A stretch of DNA of 64,000 nt from Octopus sinensis. Its lineage: Eukaryota. Below the pieces are notes generated by a model. That model had not been told where the DNA came from, did no database searches, and saw only the letters and a list, made by a program, of their open reading frames with translations. The DNA is taken from NCBI RefSeq assembly GCF_006345805.1, contig NC_043013.1, forward strand, positions 8,122,001 to 8,186,000, given 5' to 3'. Below are positions 61,844-64,000 of this stretch, piece after piece (the stretch's first letter is position 1; each line of letters opens with the position of its first letter). A program made the translations under genes and the position numbers.

Positions 61844-62014
61844 CATATATACGACAGGCTTCTTTCAGTTTCCGTCTACCAAATCCACTCACAAGACATT
61901 GGTCGGCCCGGGGCTATAGCAGAAGACACTTGCCCAAGATGCCACGCAGTGGGACTGAACCCGGAACCATGTGGTTGGTTAGCAAGCTACTTACCATGCA
62001 GCCACTCCTGCGCC
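61576..62014 (-). mobile_element. SINE family A, full length
   Basis: Carries the young-subfamily diagnostic bases. Confidence 0.9.
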
Positions 62015-62351
62015 TATATATATAATTTTATATATGTATAATTATGTATAAAATGTATAATTTTAAGAAATTTTGACAGCTTCAAAACATAAATAGACGT
62101 CTATCTCTTAAGATTGCCCTACTGAGAGAAATGCAAATGAGGGAATTCTGTAGACAAGAGAAGTTTAGGGTGTTTGTATGCATAAGAAATGGTAGGTAGG
62201 TAAATCTCCCGACTTTGTCGTTGAATGAACAGAGATATACAAACTAAGTGTTTAACTAAACCTTTAAAGACAGTGTCACAGCATAGTCATAACTATGACG
62301 AAAACAAGTAAAGAGAAGAGACGAATAAAGGATGATTAAATATATAACCAT

Positions 62352-62663
62352 GGAGAGGCAATGGCCCAGTGGTTAGGGCAGCGGACTTGTGGTCGGAGGA
62401 TCATGGTTTCAATTCCCAGACTGGGCGTTGTGTGTGTTTATTGAGCGAAAACACCTAAAAGCTCCACGAGGCTTGGCAGGGTGTGGTGGTGACACCTGTT
62501 GTACTCTTTCATCCTGACTTTCTCTCACTCTTTCTTCCTGTTTCTTGAATAACGCTGCGATGGACTGGCGTCGTGTCCAGCTGGGGGGAACACATACACC
62601 ACAGAAATCGGGAAACCGGGCCCTTGAGCCTGGCTAGGCTTGAAAAGGGCACATAAAAAAAAA
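62352..62663 (+). mobile_element. SINE family C head with tail type 3
   Basis: C head and body; tail GCGATGGACTGGCGTCGTGTCCAG...GGGAAACCGGG, A-rich end. Confidence 0.75.
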
Positions 62664-63605
62664 TATATATAACCATTCTGTGCTCATATTCTCCTATGAT
62701 CTCGTACTTACGATGATGTAAGTACTGATTGGATACAAAAAATGGTGTCTAAGCCTGACACCTCCATTCACTGATATTGTTTTTCATCCCTCTCACTAAT
62801 TTGTACACTAACACCTTTGTAATCATCAGTTTTGATATGTCTTTGCTTTTATGGTTTGTACAGACCTGTGTTTTATATTTACATGTATTCTTATCTTGAA
62901 TCTTAATTCTTAGATAATTTGCATAACTGTTTCAAGTATATAAATTAGGTATAAATTCAAGTATATAAATCTCTCCTCTCCCCTCATCTTTCTTTATATA
63001 TATGTGTGTGTGTATGTCTGTGTGTTTGTAGAGCACATACACACACACACACACACATACCACAGCTATGCTGAACAGTTGCCAGTTCGATCAGCCTTGC
63101 TTAGAAACGAAAGACTTTGATCAAGCATCCTAGAGTACACCGATGCACTTAGCAATGGAACTGATTTGTAAACATCGCTGAGACAACATCTGTTGTCATG
63201 TGTGGCTTAGGCAGAACAAGATGGAACAATAGATGCTGCAACAGACTTCAAAATGACCAAACTGGAAGATCTTGCAAATCAGCAGCCAGCTTTGCTATGC
63301 TCAACCAAAGCCTCAAAGAACTCCGCCACAAATGGTCTTTGTTGTATATTCTACTCTATGATATGTCTGTAATCGATTAAAACATACTCTTTAACTTGGT
63401 TTCAGTCATTTGACTGTGGCCATGCTGAAGCACCACCTTTTAGTCGAAGAAATCGACCCCAGGACTTATTCTCTGTAAGCCTAGTACTTATCCTATTGGC
63501 CTCTTTTGCTGAACTGCTAAGTTATGGAGGACATAAACATACCAACATCAGTTGTCAAGTGATGGTGGAGGGACAAAGACAGACACATAAATACATGCAT
63601 ACATA

Positions 63606-63636
<31 letters not shown>

Positions 63637-64000
63637 CTCACTCATCATCATCATTGTCGTTGTCAATAAACGTCCGCTTTCCACACTGGCATAGATTGGA
63701 CGGTTTGACTGAGGACCGGTGAGCCAGAAGGCTGCACCAGGCTTCAATCTTGATCTGGCAGAGTTTCTACAGCTGGATGCCATTCCTAATGCCAACCACT
63801 CCGAGAGTGTAGTGGGTGCTCTTTACATGCCACCAGCACATGTGCAGGTAATGCGACGGTGGCAACGATCATGCTGAATGGTGCTTTTTACATGCCACTG
63901 GCATGGGTGCCAATCCATGGTCACACACACACACACACACACATATATCATTATCATCATCATCATCGTTTAACATCCGCTTTCCATGCTAGCATGGGTT

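Noticed and set aside
63065-63380. Coding-like unique block
   Set aside because: Stops in all frames examined and no family motif recognised; possibly a decayed LINE piece, but unsupported.

Overview
AT-rich eukaryotic, essentially non-coding DNA (intronic or intergenic), packed with microsatellites, tRNA-derived SINEs, small DNA-transposon derivatives and LINE remnants. The SINE families and repeat profile resemble an octopod (Octopus) genome; this is an inference from memory, not a database result. No intact host CDS can be supported, and almost all ORFs in the supplied track are microsatellite or SINE artefacts. The clearest coding remnants are a full-length but frameshifted Tc1/mariner element (47952-49311, perfect 26-bp TIRs, TA TSD, apparent DD38D triad), RTE-clade LINE fragments and a deleted mariner. 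The most striking unexplained structure is a set of long inverted-repeat (foldback) or tandem elements carrying minimal type I hammerhead ribozyme motifs with palindromic helix III, the architecture known from Penelope-like elements and retrozymes. These include one apparently intact motif (35703-35747, minus strand) and a U3-A8 covariant pair inside a ~98.5% identical 872-bp foldback (24417-25288). Other oddities: SINE multimers with an identical 184-bp period at independent loci, a 46-bp flanking duplication, a dimeric higher-order minisatellite inside a SINE-like element, and several candidate micro-exons. SINE family labels A-E are my own working names. Coordinates of degenerate repeats are approximate (about +/-10 bp).
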